A stretch of DNA of 64,000 bases from assembly GCA_047495785.1 (NCBI GenBank), contig JBLDXI010000003.1, positions 3,534,001-3,598,000 on the forward strand. The letters run 5' to 3'. A model generated the notes under the pieces. That model searched no databases, was not told where the DNA came from, and saw only the letters and a program-made list of their open reading frames with translations. Position numbers and translations under genes: made by a program. Below, piece after piece: positions 48,868-62,133 of the stretch. This DNA is from Lepidodermella squamata (lineage: Eukaryota; Animalia; Gastrotricha). The stretch's first letter is position 1. Each line of letters opens with the position of its first letter.

Positions 48868-50099
48868 GATTTTAATCGAAAATTTTTAATCAGCATACAC
48901 CAAAACGAGTAATTTCAAGTAATGTTGAACATTTTTGCAGCTGTCAAATGATGAAAATATGATACGTAACTTAAGTGTCTCAGCTTGGAAATGCCACCTG
49001 TTCCCAACATTTTAGGCTGTAATGAACTTGGTAATGAACCTATGCAAAAGCTGGGTCACAAGTCCCATTTAGCGAAATGAAAAGAAAATATCTGAAATTG
49101 TTGATGCTCTAGACAAAGATGGGGAGAGAGCTGACGAATTGACAAGCCATTTTTGATCAAAAACGTTCAAATTTATGAGGTGAATATGGCGGGAGACCCC
49201 CAACCAGTACGATTCCCTTTACTCAGCTTTAACTCATTCTGGTAAGCTGGTAAAACGAAAAATTGTTGATCGATTTTGCACAGCTATTACCCTAACCCCA
49301 ACCCCAACGCTAAAATCACCGAATGTTAGCCTGTCCACGATAACCATCGAGATTTTACGGATAAAATTGGCGAAGGTCTGATAAAAGCTACAGTTAGATC
49401 CATCATCTGGTGCTAAGCAACGTCACGACCAATGGGCTTTAAATCTCATCTTAAAAGGCTTAAAAAGACAGCAGTTTTCTATAGCATCAGTTCAAGAACA
49501 GGCCTCGTCGTTCAGACCAGCATTCTCGGACTGTTGGGACTTCTAGGACAGCGCAACGTGGTGATGGATACTATGATGGATGTGCGGAATAAATTCAGCT
49601 AATTCACCTAAAAGGGCCGACACTCCTGAATACGGCAGTCAGGAAGCAGTTCGACATCAAGTTGCGTCTTAATAGCAATGGTAAAATGGTTGTCCCCGAC
49701 CAACCAATTGAAGGGTTAAAAGTGACATGGGCCAAGGAAGCAAGCCGAAGCAATAAAACACTAATCAGCGACTAGTTAGACGGCAGCTACGAAAAAGAGA
49801 CTGCATAACAATGGTATGCCTGACGACCTCTTTGGGATAACGCCAGATGCCGCTGATTTTCAGCCTGTGTGTTTGTTTGGCGGAAATTAGTTAACTATCA
49901 TCAACCCGTCCCAAGTCCCTTTCAAGTGGCAAATTAAGCAATTTACGACGAGACGGTAATTTTTCAGAGCCAGTCCCTAACGCGAGCCTACGTGATACTA
50001 TATAAACGGCAGCGAAATGCCAGTTGAATCGACTCATTCGAGTATTTCAATTCATTAACAAGCTTTTACTGCTAATTCATCTTCACTATATTCATCGAA

Positions 50100-50990
50100 A
50101 TGGCTACTCAAACTCAACAAGAAGTTTGCGCCTTGCTGCAATCGAACGCCTTACTGTCGATCATTTCGAACGCGGCTCTGCTCGGCTCGATGGCGAATCT
50201 ATCGCTCGAGCAAGACCAATTCGAAGAGCCTAAACACCAGGTGAGCTCGCGAAATATTTTCATTTTATTCGATTTTATTAACGATTTAATTTCTATTCCC
50301 CAGACTCTTCTACCGTGCTCGCCCGAGAAAAGCCTAGTCGCCATCAAGCCGCAAGTTCTAGCCAACCTGCTCGATGGCAAGTACGCCGGCTGTGTCGACA
50401 CGTTCGAAATCGCCGACTGCCGCTACCCGTTCGAGTACGACGGCGGGCACATTCGCGGTGCTGTCAACACGCCGCTGTTGTCCCAGGTCGAAACCGTGTT
50501 CCCGATCACCGGCGAGCCTGGCCACAACCAACGCCGCGTTATCATCTTCCACTGCGAGTTCAGCAGCCAGCGCGGCCCGGCGATGCTGCGCCGGTTTCGA
50601 AAGGCCGACCGCGATCGCAACAAGGCCAACTACCCGAGGCTGGACTACCCTGAGGTGTACCTGCTCGAGGGTGGCTACAAAGCGTTCATCGAGTACTGCG
50701 AGGCTAACGGCCGTTTCGACCTGCTGTCGACTCCCGCCCAGCCGACGATCGAATCGCGCCGTAGCTATTACGTAACCATGCGTGACGCTGCGTTTCACGC
50801 TCAAGAACGCAACTGGCGCCGAGCTGTCGATAATGACCGAGCTTCGTCCTCGTCGTCGTCTTCGTCGAGCTGCGTCGATGCGACGCCGCCGAGCAAGCGC
50901 AACGCCTCGACTACCGGCAAACTCGGCCTTCGCAGCCGCCTCGGCATGGTTTTGCCTAAACGTCGCCTCGATCTTGAGATTGAGGCGTAA
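50100..50990 (+). CDS. cdc25: Cdc25 (string/twine-type) dual-specificity phosphatase, compact form
   Basis: IADCRYPFEYDGGHIRGAVN, catalytic HCEFSSQRGP, DRDRN..YPRLDYPEVYLLEGGYKAF. Probable 63-nt intron 50241-50303 (GTGAGC..CCCCAG). TATATAAA at ~49999. Confidence 0.93.
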   Translation: MATQTQQEVCALLQSNALLSIISNAALLGSMANLSLEQDQFEEPKHQVSSRNIFILFDFINDLISIPQTLLPCSPEKSLVAIKPQVLANLLDGKYAGCVDTFEIADCRYPFEYDGGHIRGAVNTPLLSQVETVFPITGEPGHNQRRVIIFHCEFSSQRGPAMLRRFRKADRDRNKANYPRLDYPEVYLLEGGYKAFIEYCEANGRFDLLSTPAQPTIESRRSYYVTMRDAAFHAQERNWRRAVDNDRASSSSSSSSSCVDATPPSKRNASTTGKLGLRSRLGMVLPKRRLDLEIEA

Positions 50991-52026
50991 TTAACCTTTT
51001 ATGTAAAGTTCATCGCTAATATATGATCATTCTGATTAGTGTTTTTTTACTTGTTGTGTTTGATTAATTTCAAAGTTTATTTCAAAGAAATAAAAGTTAA
51101 TTTCAGTTTAAAACTACTGGTGCCTTTTAACATCCTGTTTGATTATTAAATTGCTACGAAAATATTAATTTTTTCATTAATTCATGCGCCAAAAAAGCAT
51201 ACGAAATTTTCAGCCGGATTACAAGCAGAAAATAAAATAAATTCTCTGCGCTGAAAGTGAATATTGTCGATAGAATTAATTTCACAATTACAAAAATTCG
51301 AAGACATTTTAGTCCAAACAGCGAGTAAAATATACCGAAAATTACCGAACCAGTTACCATGGGAGGTTTTCCGGTTTCCTCCGGAAATTTTTGAATTTCC
51401 TAGGTAGAATCGTCGATAATGGATAGAAGATTCTCCCCGTATATTTTCTTGAAAAAAATTAGCTGATTTTCCAACAAAAGAATTCAGAAAAAAGTTGCTA
51501 AATATTAATGGGACACGCTGTATTACTCGTGTTTATCACGATGAGCGGCAAGTTTGCGAATAATATTTCGGCATACAGAACCAATATCGATTTTAAGTAT
51601 CGATTTTACAAATCAGTGATTTCTCCGATATCAGCAGTCTTAGAAGACTAAGTTAAAAATGTGTCTACCCAGCTAATGCGTTGGTTAAAATAAAAAAATC
51701 CCATGGCCTTGGGGTATATCGGCATCGATTAGGAAATGAAAAGGACGAGGTCTCATAAAATCGGCAAAATATTGGGCGTGGAAACTAAGATTTTGTGCTG
51801 GAACTTCAATTTTAGCGGTGAAAATATTTACTCGCTGTATTTAACGAAAATTAGTCCCAGATAACAAACGATGAGATTCCGGATTTTTATGATTTTTCCT
51901 TAATTTTATTCATAATTTTAAAGAGATCAATCAAAATATGTTATTTGAGCCCTGATTTTCGAATCAAATCTTCGGGAAATTAACTCGAACTCGCTGACGA
52001 TTCACTTTGGTTTTTTTATTGCGAAA

Positions 52027-53013
52027 TTAATTTTTTGTTCCAAAGCAATCGGAAAATATCCACATTATTTGCGGATCTCGATGTAGGATAACCATAACCA
52101 TAACTGCGACAGAAAATAGCAACGTCAAAAATTCTGTCAGCATACTACACAAAGCAACGCCAGCATTAATCAGGGTCCGATCAGCCTGCGGAGGTTTCAG
52201 CACAAAAATTTGCAGAACAACAAGAATCGCTAAAAATCCACCTGTTAACGAGCTGACAATCCGAAATAACAGGCTATGCTCGTCATTTCTATCCAACGCA
52301 AAAAATGACCAAACAATATTTGAGACAATAATTTCTAACATTGCGAAAAATGATGTGAAATAATGAATGTATTTACTAATCCGCCGGCTAATACACGTCC
52401 GACAGCCGAAAATGATGAGCTTCGACTCGACGCTGATCATTTCGAAGTGAATTTCCTGGACGATTTTGAACGACCCGTAAGCTTGTTCCTCCCTTCGACT
52501 CGTCATTAATCCTTGACTTTTCGTCGCGTTGCCATGCGACGGAAAAATGCCGGCGATAACAAACATTGAAACGCCGGCGATATCTAGGGCGAACCAAAGG
52601 GTTTGCAGGGTGTTTGAACCTGTTCGATAACTAGCCTCCCAGGATAGCATCCAATCTAGGCCTGCTGTTAGTAGAATGCCGGTGACGAGTAGCATTTTGT
52701 ATTGGTTCGTCGTAGTATCTGAGCAGTGTTGGCTTATTGTGTCACTTCGCCATTTTATCAACCCGCCTTCGTTGACTAGATCGGTGAAGATATCGCTTAG
52801 GTAGAGGCCCATTAGAATGACCATCGCCAGGACGATTAGGATGAATGGGATGGTTCTCGAGGCTGTTGGATCGCAGGATTTAATGTCAGGGTAAGATATG
52901 AAGCTCCTAGCCATGATGCTATCGCTGATAAATTTGGCATTTGTCGGTCGCAAAATTTCACCGAATACTACAAATGAGGCTACAGAATTCTTAAAAAACA
53001 AGTTATCCTGCAT
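52027..53013 (-). CDS. Intronless multi-pass (~6 TM) membrane protein, possibly Frag1/DRAM/Sfk1-like
   Basis: Six hydrophobic segments; spacing of TISQH after TM1, AGIFPS after TM3 and IHYFTSFF before TM4 resembles the DRAM/TMEM150 layout. The start may be the Met at ~52914. Confidence 0.5.
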   Translation of the reverse strand: MQDNLFFKNSVASFVVFGEILRPTNAKFISDSIMARSFISYPDIKSCDPTASRTIPFILIVLAMVILMGLYLSDIFTDLVNEGGLIKWRSDTISQHCSDTTTNQYKMLLVTGILLTAGLDWMLSWEASYRTGSNTLQTLWFALDIAGVSMFVIAGIFPSHGNATKSQGLMTSRREEQAYGSFKIVQEIHFEMISVESKLIIFGCRTCISRRISKYIHYFTSFFAMLEIIVSNIVWSFFALDRNDEHSLLFRIVSSLTGGFLAILVVLQIFVLKPPQADRTLINAGVALCSMLTEFLTLLFSVAVMVMVILHRDPQIMWIFSDCFGTKN

Positions 53014-53559
53014 GGTTAGTTCAAACTATAGTGGATGTAATGCGGAGATGATAGACCGGACTTACGATGAATGTTTTTCATTGATTATCGTTTTAAAAGG
53101 GACCTATGTCAATAGTCTTATTTAAATAGGAAAATTGCGTGAGCTGGCGAGAAATGCTCCCTTTGCATGAATACAAATGATTCTCTGTATTAAATAAATA
53201 TTCGAAAAAAATAATTTGAAAGCGGGAAGAATTGAAGCGATTCGATTTAAATTTATGGCGGGATTAAATGGCGGGATATCGATGGAATCCAAGCTTCGGA
53301 GCATGTTTTACTTGGCGGAAAGTAGCAGGTCGAATTTTTGTTCTTTTATGGTTTGAATAACGCTTCAAATGGTGAGCACTACGATTACTTTTCAAAATTT
53401 CCTGAGCAATGTAAAACAATGAAATCGGGAAAAATAATTTCTTGATTCAAAATAAATATGATAACAGACAAGCATGAAAAATGTTGGTGCTTGGAGCGAA
53501 CTTGGACGATTTTCTCCTGATTTTCTGTAATTTTATTGATTTTTCAGCTTGGTTTTGTA

Positions 53560-54338
53560 CATAGATAAATAAAAAAGAGAGATCTGACACGCTAGTACAT
53601 TTATGTGTGCCGAAATGATTCATCAAGAGTTTTTACTTCTTGGTCGCGTGACCTGAAAATCACTTGTCAACATCACTATAAAAAACACGGCATAAATTAC
53701 GCAAGTGACAAGTGATTTCGGGTGGCTACTTCACCTCAATTTATCTCAAAACACATCCCCTTCGATTTTCTCGAAAAAAATAGGGCATGTAGATCTCAAC
53801 TTCAACTCAACGCTTGTCAAACCGGAATTTCCGGGCAGGGAATGGTTGTTGGTAGAAAAATTCTGAAAAAGCATGTTTCCGCGCAGTGATTATTGTTGCT
53901 TTTTCGAGTATTTTGCAAAAATTCGCCCGATGAATCACGAAGTCATCTGCAATAATATGATTCATAGAACGAAAAAAACTAGCAAGCAGCCCCGCGCCAT
54001 TAAATTGATCGCTAAAATTCGGAAGATTTGAAAATTTCCAGAAAATCAACGCGAAGCCGGCCGGAAATTCGGATTAGGTCCCTACATAGCCCAAGATTGA
54101 GGCTGATTGGCAACAAAAATTCAAGTATAAATCGAAGATGGGGTCTTTTGAGATAAATTGAGGTGAAGTAGCCACCCGGAATCACTTGTCAGTTGCGTTG
54201 ATTTGGCCGTACTTCTTATAGAGTTCTTGACAAGTGAAAAACTGGTCACGCGACCCAGAAAGCAAAAAATCGTGATGAATCATTTCGGCACACATAAATG
54301 TACTAGCGTGTCAGATCTCTCTTATTTATTTATCTATG
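53560..54338. mobile_element. Foldback/MITE with ~205-bp imperfect TIRs, CATAGA...TCTATG termini
   Basis: 53560-53768 is the reverse complement of 54129-54338 (e.g. GAGAGATCTGACACGCTAGTACATTTATGTGTGCCGAAATGATTCATCA). No clear TSD. Confidence 0.8.
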
Positions 54339-54402
54339 AATATCAACCAGTCAATTCATTACATACATTGAATAATATATTAAATAAGCAACAAGTATCA
54401 AA

Positions 54403-55898
54403 ATGGCCGAGGCTTCCAATGGGCTCAAGTCGATAGACCACCGGCAAGCGTTTGTACAGCACATGGAATCGATGTTCACTCGAAGCATCGACTGTGACGT
54501 GGCCTTTGCTGTCCAGGGCCAAGTCATTCAGGCCCATCGTTGGATCCTGGCTAGCCAGTCGCCTGTTTTCAAGCAGATGCTGATGAACGAACATTTCCGC
54601 GAGGCACGATCGACGATCGATAAGCCAATCGACTTGCCTGGCAAGACAGCCCCAGCTTTTAAAGCTTTCGTTTATTATTTGTACACTGGTTGTATTTCAT
54701 TTGACAAACTGTCGCCGGCAGAAAGCGTCGAAATTCTCAAAATTGCGCATGAATATCAAGTGGACGCTTTGTTCGGCGAGTTGAAGCAAGTTTTCGAGGT
54801 AAAAAATATTTTTCACAGAGCCGTCTTTCACAGAATAACCGATTGACTTTCTAGGCTAATGTGAACATGGAATTATTCTACGATTCGTTGTTAGCGGCGC
54901 TGTTTTTGGACGATGCTGAAATTCTGGAATCATGTGCCTACTTCGCGTGCTTAAATTCTGAAGAAATTCTGAAAGACCCCAACTTCAAAAGACTATCAGA
55001 ACATGCTCTGATTTATCTTTTCGATCTGGACGACCTCTTCGTGCTTGAACTGGAAGTTCTGATGGCGCTGAAATCTTGGCATGAAGCCAATCCTAAGGTC
55101 AATCTGTCGAAAATCCTGGATAAAGTTCGGCTTGAGTACGTCGTCATGCCGCCGCCTGGTAGAATTTCTTTCGCCGAAATGGGAGCTTTGTGCAAAATGC
55201 TTGGCGAAAGTGGAATCGATTTCAACGCTTTAGGTAAGGCGCCTGACGACAACAGCGGCAGAAAACCTCGCAACATAGGCTTGGCTGAAACCAATATGGC
55301 AACAGTTGAGAACGGAGCAACGGTTATTGGCGATGGCTTCAGAAACCCAGAAAGAATGATAATTTGCGGAGATGGTTGCACCATGTTGAGGCCGAATGGA
55401 TCTATCATTGTTCAGTTGGCTGAACCTTGTGCTGTTGACTCGATGCGATTTCATATACTTCGCTATGAAACTCGACGAGGAATATTCGGTGAAATCAACT
55501 CACTTCTCCAATGCGACAGCGAAATTTATTACATGATTGAAACTTCCATAAATGGCTCAGTCTGGGCTCAATTGGGTTACAGCCAAGCAACGCAGAGCGG
55601 ACGGCAGTTGATTGTTTTCAAACCTCAAAAGTTGAAATTTGGTAAATTTCCCACTTCCATGTGCAAATTTCCTTTAATTTTGCTTTCTCTCACACTAGTG
55701 AAAATTACAATTTGCCATGAAGTAAGCGGTATTAAGATGCCGCTTTGCCTCTCCGACTTCGAGTGTCCAGCGTCTATGAACAACAAGCAGCTGTTCGAAC
55801 AATCTATCCAAAAGTATCCTAACTCTGCTTTTCGACTCGAGGAAGATCAACCCAATGGAAAAGTCGAAATCCTTCTCTCTGAGAGGAGACATTCGTGA
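54403..55898 (+). CDS. BTB-BACK-discoidin(F5/8C)-like protein, BTBD9-like paralog 1
   Basis: BTB (CDVAFAVQGQVIQAHRWILASQSPVFKQML..YLYTG), BACK (F.RLSE.AL..ELEVLMALKSW..DKVRL), C-terminal NMATVENGATVI..IIVQLAEP.AVDSMRF..Y.IETS. Introns ~54799-54854 and ~55642-55698. Confidence 0.85.
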
Positions 55899-56658
55899 TC
55901 CGTTTAATGCTGACTAACCAACACAATCCTAATATTTTGCTCAAGCAACAAAAATAACTAGTCCTTTGCTTTCATGAGTTTCATAATTCATGATATTGTC
56001 TTTTAATAAAAAATGTATTAAGAAATGAAAGAAATTATGGTTGGCACTGCCAATGTGGCTGCATTAGGGAACAAAGGACGTTCATTCTGTGAGCCTTTGT
56101 CGACCGCATCCAGTATTCCAACAAGTAGTCAGTCGATGCAACGAACTGAACCCCAGGAACTAAACGAAAGCGGATTGTCCAAATTAAACCACCGTTACGG
56201 TACTTGCGACTAAAAACCACTTGGCTGGGTTTTATTCGACTAATTTCAACTAATTTCTCCCTCGTAATTTACGAACATGCGTCAGATGTAAGTAAAAACA
56301 GCAATTAACATGATGATAAAGGTTTATTAGCTTGGAACTTTCATACGCGATCTGATTGATCCATATCGTTAGCGTCGTTGGATTTAGGCTTGTTTACATC
56401 CCTTTCAATGTCACGGGTGATAAGTAAAAGCGAATTTTTTAAGAGCTTGTTTATATGAGTAATTTTACCGCCAACACTCCAGTTCAAGCTAAATTTTACT
56501 AACAACAAAAAGCGTCGTGGCCATGCTAGTTTACGAACACCTTTACCAACTTTGTATGAGAAAAAAATTGTTCTGCCAGTTGGTTTGACTTTTGAAGTTA
56601 GTGTCTAACGTTTTTGAACAAACCTCAGGTAGATAAAAAAAAACAGTGTTTGATATCT

Positions 56659-58179
56659 ATGGCCACGCCACCTTGGGAATTTAAATCAAGTAGGTTCAAT
56701 GACCCGCCAACGCGAAAAATCGAAGTAAACGACGGTTCGGGTAAAATCACGTCGATAGACCACCGCAAAGCGTTTGTACAGCACATGGAATCAATGCTGG
56801 CTAAAAGCATCGATTGCGACGTGGCCTTTGCTGTCGAGGGCCAAGTCATTCAGGCCCATCGTTTGATCCTGGCTACCCAGTCGCCTGTTTTCAAGCAGAT
56901 GTTGATGCACGACCATTTTCGCGAGGCACGATCGACGATAGATAAGCCAATCGAATTACCTGGCAAAACAGCCTCAGCATTCAAATTATTTCTCCACTTT
57001 TTCTACACTGGTTGTATTCCTTTTGACAAACTGTCGCCCTCGGATAGCGTTGAAATTCTCAAAATAGCTCATGAATATCAAATGGACGATTTATTCGGCC
57101 ATTTAAAGCTAGCTGTCCAAGTAAATAAAGTGATTAATTTTGTTTCATGCTAATTTTGATTGAATTTCAAGGCCAGTTTGAACATGGAAATATTTTTCGA
57201 CTTGTTTTTGGCTGCGCTGCTTCTGGACGATGCTGAAATTTTAAAGTCTTGCTCGATGTTCGCCTGTCTCAATTCTACAACAATTTTGAAAGACGCCAAA
57301 TTCAAAAACTTGAGTGAACAAGCGGTTGGTTACCTTTTCGATCTGGAACATCTCGGCGTGTCGGAACTTGAAGTTCTGATGGCGCTGAAAGCTTGGCATG
57401 AAGCCAATCCAAAGGGGAATCTATCAAAACTAATCGAAAAAGTTCGGCTGGAGCATGTAGCTATGCCGCCTGGTGGAATTTCTTTTGTCGAAATGGGAGC
57501 GTTGTTCAAATTTCTTGAAGACTTGGGAATCGATTTCAGCTCGTTAGGTGAGGCGCCGAGCGACAGCGAAGGCAGGCAACCTCGCAGCACAATCTTGGCT
57601 AAAATGTGGCTAAAAACCAATATGGCAACTGCTGAACACGGGGCAACTATTCTGAGCTCTTACTGCTACGACGAAAGTGTGGTTTGCCAGCATAATGGTA
57701 TTAATCACAAGAATTGCCGAAACACGGCTGGCTCTACAATAACTGTTGAGTTAGCTGAACCTTTCGCCGTCGACTCAATGCGATTCAGCATATCGAGCTG
57801 CGGCGTTGATTACTCGATCAAAACTTCAGTGGATGAAAAAGTTTGGACACCTTTAGGCCTATGCCGACAAGCGGGCAGGGGACGTCAGTTGATCTTTTCA
57901 AACCTCGCTGTTTGAAATTTGGTAAATTCCCAACTGTTAATTGCAAATTTGTCTTCTAAGTTTGATTTCTTAGTCAAAATTGTATTTTCCTACGAAATGA
58001 TTAATCGGAAGCCTCTGAAAATCGCTGATTTTGAGTGTCCAGCAGCGATGAAAAACAAGAAGCTGTTCGAAAAATCTATCCGAAAGTTTCCTGACACTGC
58101 TTTTCGACTCGAGGAAGATGAGTCCGATGGAGAAGTGACTCGTCTTCTTCTCCCCGCCGAGAAATCCAAAGCCCGTTGA
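56659..58179 (+). pseudogene. BTBD9-like paralog 2 with apparent 1-nt frameshift near 57895
   Basis: Same exon structure as paralog 1. TTG ATC TTT TCA AAC CTC is one base short of TTG ATT GTT TTC AAA CCT, giving a TGA just before the conserved donor at 57922. It could be a homopolymer sequencing error. Confidence 0.6.
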
Positions 58180-59467
58180 TATAACGCAGATTCGGCGTTA
58201 ACAATTGAAAATTGAATTGAATTTAAGGAGATTGCATGGAAATGTAGTTGAAATCAAGTAGAGCATGTTCTAGAATCATGCCGAACTCACCTGCGTACCT
58301 ATTATCTATTACTTATGCTGCTTAAATTCGTTTGGTTCGTTTTGTTTTGCAAATTTGCCAAATCTTTATTTAATCATAATTTAATTTGTCTTCCACTTAT
58401 TAGATGTATGATGAACTGTCTTTCAACTTTCAACCAGTTGTTATTATTATAAATTACCTAGGAATGATTTCGCTATACTACTTCATACAATGACCACCAA
58501 TTTATTATGATAATAAAACTACCTACTCGCTGTTTTTTTTTTAAATTTCAGGTAATAATTTGTTTAAATTCCGAAAAGTTGGAAAACAGTTTGAAACTTG
58601 CAGCAATATCATGAATCACCATGTTTGTTTACCAACACCTTTGCTAGCTGATGATCATTTTTGTTTAATCGCATATACTCCTGAAGAAAGCGGCAGGAAG
58701 CTGGCGATGCATGGCAATAAAACTTCGCCGGCAACGCATTTAACAACTTTATGACGCGGTGTAAGACAAAAAATGCTTTGATTTTTGTTTTCCTTCAACT
58801 ACCTGTTCTGTCTGGCGGTAAGTTAATGCAGTTCTTCAACTTGGTTACGGGCGGAAAAATTTATCGCCGGACTTGAAATCCGAAAATATCGTTAGCGTCG
58901 TTGAAGAATTCAGACATTGGCTTTTTAGATAAAAAATTCTGGAATAGAGAGTTTAAGAACTTGAACATTGAACAAGACCATAGAGCTAGGGTAAAGCGCC
59001 CCAAATCTGCAAAAAACTCCAGGCTTTTGAAGTGAACTTTATCGAAGGCTGAAGCTTGCGGGATGTCATTCTTTAGCCAATACGGTGTCTTAATCCTCGA
59101 GCTGCATGACTCCAAGTTGGCAAGTCCAAGTTGACAACAGGAAATTTTGGAAAAGCTCACCATTTTCCATCAATTCAAAAACTGCGTCAGAGTTTTCTTT
59201 GCAAATTTGGGGCACTTTACTCTAGTTTTGAGAGTTCGGAATTGAAAAGTCACTTGATTTGTTTACTTTCCTGCAAGTGAACGCTGATTCACACCAACAT
59301 CTGGCGCCCATGGCAGGACAGGGGCAGGACCTTGATGACCAAGCCAAATGCGACCAACGGCATCACGTGCCCTCATTCTTCAGCAGGAAGTGAAGCTGCT
59401 TGAAATTATCCCTGTTTTCTCCAGTTTGAATCACAAATAAAATTTGAACAAAACTGATAACATTTCA

Positions 59468-61322
59468 ATGGCGAGTGCAGTCAAAGCTTTGGGCGCGATA
59501 AATCACCGGCAAGCTTTTGCGCAGCACATGGAATCAATGTTCACTAAAAGCATCGACTGTGACGTGGCTTTTGCTGTTCAGGGGGAAGTCATAAAGGCCC
59601 ATCGTTTGATCCTAGCGAGCCAATCGCCTGTTTTCCAACTGATGCTGACGAATGAAAATTTCTGCGAAGCACGATCGACGATCAACAGTCCCATCAACTT
59701 ACCTGGGAAGACAGCCCCAGCTTTTAAAGCCTTCCTCTATTATTTTTACACTGGATTTGTTTCCTTCGACAAGCTGTCACCGGCGGAAAGCGTTGAAATT
59801 CTCAAAATAGCCCACGAATATCAAATGGACGCTTTGATCGCCGAGTTGATTCAAGTTTTTTCGGTATGAATCCCATTCCAACTTTGGAAAATGATTTCCT
59901 CAATTTTTTCAGACTAATGTTTGCCCAGAATTAATTTACGACCTGTTGTTGGCAGCACTGTTTTTAGGCGAGGATACACTTCTGAAGGCTTGCACAACCG
60001 TTGCCTGTAAAAACGCTGCAATAATCTTCAAAGACCGCAACTTCAAAAGATTGTCTGAGCAAGCGCTTATCTACCTTTTCGATTTGGACGAACTCGGCGT
60101 GTCGGAACTGGAAGTTTTGATGGCATTGAAATCTTGGCACGAAGCCAATCCTAAGGTCAATGTGTCAAAAATCATCGAAAAGGTTCGCTTGGAATTTGTC
60201 GTTGTTCCACCTAATGGCATTTCCTTCGCCGAAATGGGCGCCCTGTACAAAATGCTCGGCGACTATGGAATTGATTTCAGCACGTTAGGAAAGGCATCGA
60301 GCCATGACGCCAGTGGCAGGAAACCTCGAAGCCTTGTATTAGCCAAAAGCAACGTGGCAACTGTGGAAAAGGGAGCAACAGTTATCAGCAATGATTTCCG
60401 AAACGCTATTTCAATACTGTGGAGATATAATCCGGCAGATGCTAGCAATCACATGCGCTATATGTTAAATAATCACGCTCCACCTGTTAGCTACCTGATC
60501 AAATCGAACGGGTCGATTACTGTTCAACTAGCCGAGCCCTACGCTGTCGATTCGCTGCGATTCAAACTTGGCTTAGGCTCGTATTGCGAGGCTGATTTCA
60601 TGATTGAAACTTCTCTTGATGGTAAAGTCTGGACAAGGATGGGCTACAGTCGGCCAACGCAACAACGCGGACGACAGCTGGTCGTTTTCAAACCTCGCAG
60701 CGTAAAATTTGGTAAAATAATCGTCGATTATTCGTCGATTTTAGCTTCATCCTATTTGTTGATCGACTCTGATGCCCCACGACTCTAGGATTTTCCCTTT
60801 TTTTGCTACCGGGTACCATTATAGCAAGCTAAACGAATTTTAAATGCCTGCTAAGCTAAACCTTATACCTGCAAAATCACTGATTTGCGAAATCGATAAA
60901 ATTGGAATCAAAATTGGCGTTTTGTAGGCTGATGTATTGGTCGTAAACTGATCATTCATAGCCCAAATTTACCCTTAATTATAGAAAAATCTGATCAATT
61001 CAGAGAGGACATGCAATTCCAATATGTTGAGGCTGGAGCCTCAAATTTAGAGATGAAACCCTTAGTCTAGGCTATCTACTGGGCGCACCCATTTCATTTG
61101 GACTTATTTTCTGTTTCATATCTCGCAGTCAGAATCGCGTTTTTCTTCGACGTGACTCAGGGTGACCTGTGGCTTTCCGAATTTGAATGTCCAGCGGCGA
61201 TCCGAGACAAGCAGCTGGTCGAAAACTGTCTAAGAATGGCTCCTGACGCTGCCTTCAGACTCGAAGAAGATCACGCTGATAAAATGTTCGAGAGACTTCT
61301 CCTTGGCAGAATCGGTCTTTGA
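59468..61322 (+). CDS. BTBD9-like paralog 3
   Basis: ATG 59468 (MASAVKALGAINHRQAF). Introns ~59864-59912 and ~60712-61128. Last exon VRIAFFFDV..FECPAA. Confidence 0.82.
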
Positions 61323-62133
61323 TGTAAAATCAAAAAATTAGAAACATAATCGTTGTTAAACTTTGGTCTCACTCAATACAAAATAAAATTGATAAAAATG
61401 AATTTTCGAAATTCAAATTTTATTTACTCTTGAGATGTTAGGCATTAGTCGCGGAGGTAGGGTACCTAGTGTCTAATGTGTCATAATTTTGCAAGAGACC
61501 GGAAATTTTTCTAACTGTCATAATGGGGTCTAGAATGATTTTTTGGCTTGCCGTAATAAGAGTAGGTAAATCAAGGTCGGCATTCGATTATCGGGGTCAA
61601 GAGGCCGGAAATCAAGTTAAAAAAATGCCAAATTATGATATTTTCCGAATTCAGCCTAGTTTTTGTGACTCATTGGTGTTTATTTAGCGACGGTAACCGG
61701 GGAGAGGTACAATTTTGACAAGTACAAGATCGACAAGTTTTATTCTCCTAATGGCCTACCTGCGGTTGACTTCCTCAAATTCTGAAAAAATATCTAAATA
61801 ATCCCTTGGCTCCTATAGAATAAGGGTATGGATTTTGTTTCCCGAACTCGATTCCATTATTGGCTGCTGATTTTTGAAATCGAACCCTCGAAAAACCTAA
61901 CATCACCTATCTGGATCTCTTCACCTGGGCGGTTTTAGATTGAACGCATTTACGAAAAGAAATCCAGAAGCCTTACTAGTTGTTACTTCAAGACAAGCCT
62001 ATCAAAAGACCAGACCAAATGTGACCAGAATCGCGTGCCCCAAATGAATTTCTCAGAAATTGGTAGTGCTTGCAATTATTCCTACTATTTTCTCCGTTTC
62101 GAAACAAAAAATACAACTGATAACATCACTTCA

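Noticed and set aside
49050-49830. Possible decayed retroelement or other coding remnant upstream of cdc25
   Set aside because: Coding-like composition, but multiple stops and no recognisable motif; cannot be supported without a search.
58861-59163. 100-aa minus-strand ORF between BTB paralogs
   Set aside because: No ATG context, splice support or recognisable domain.
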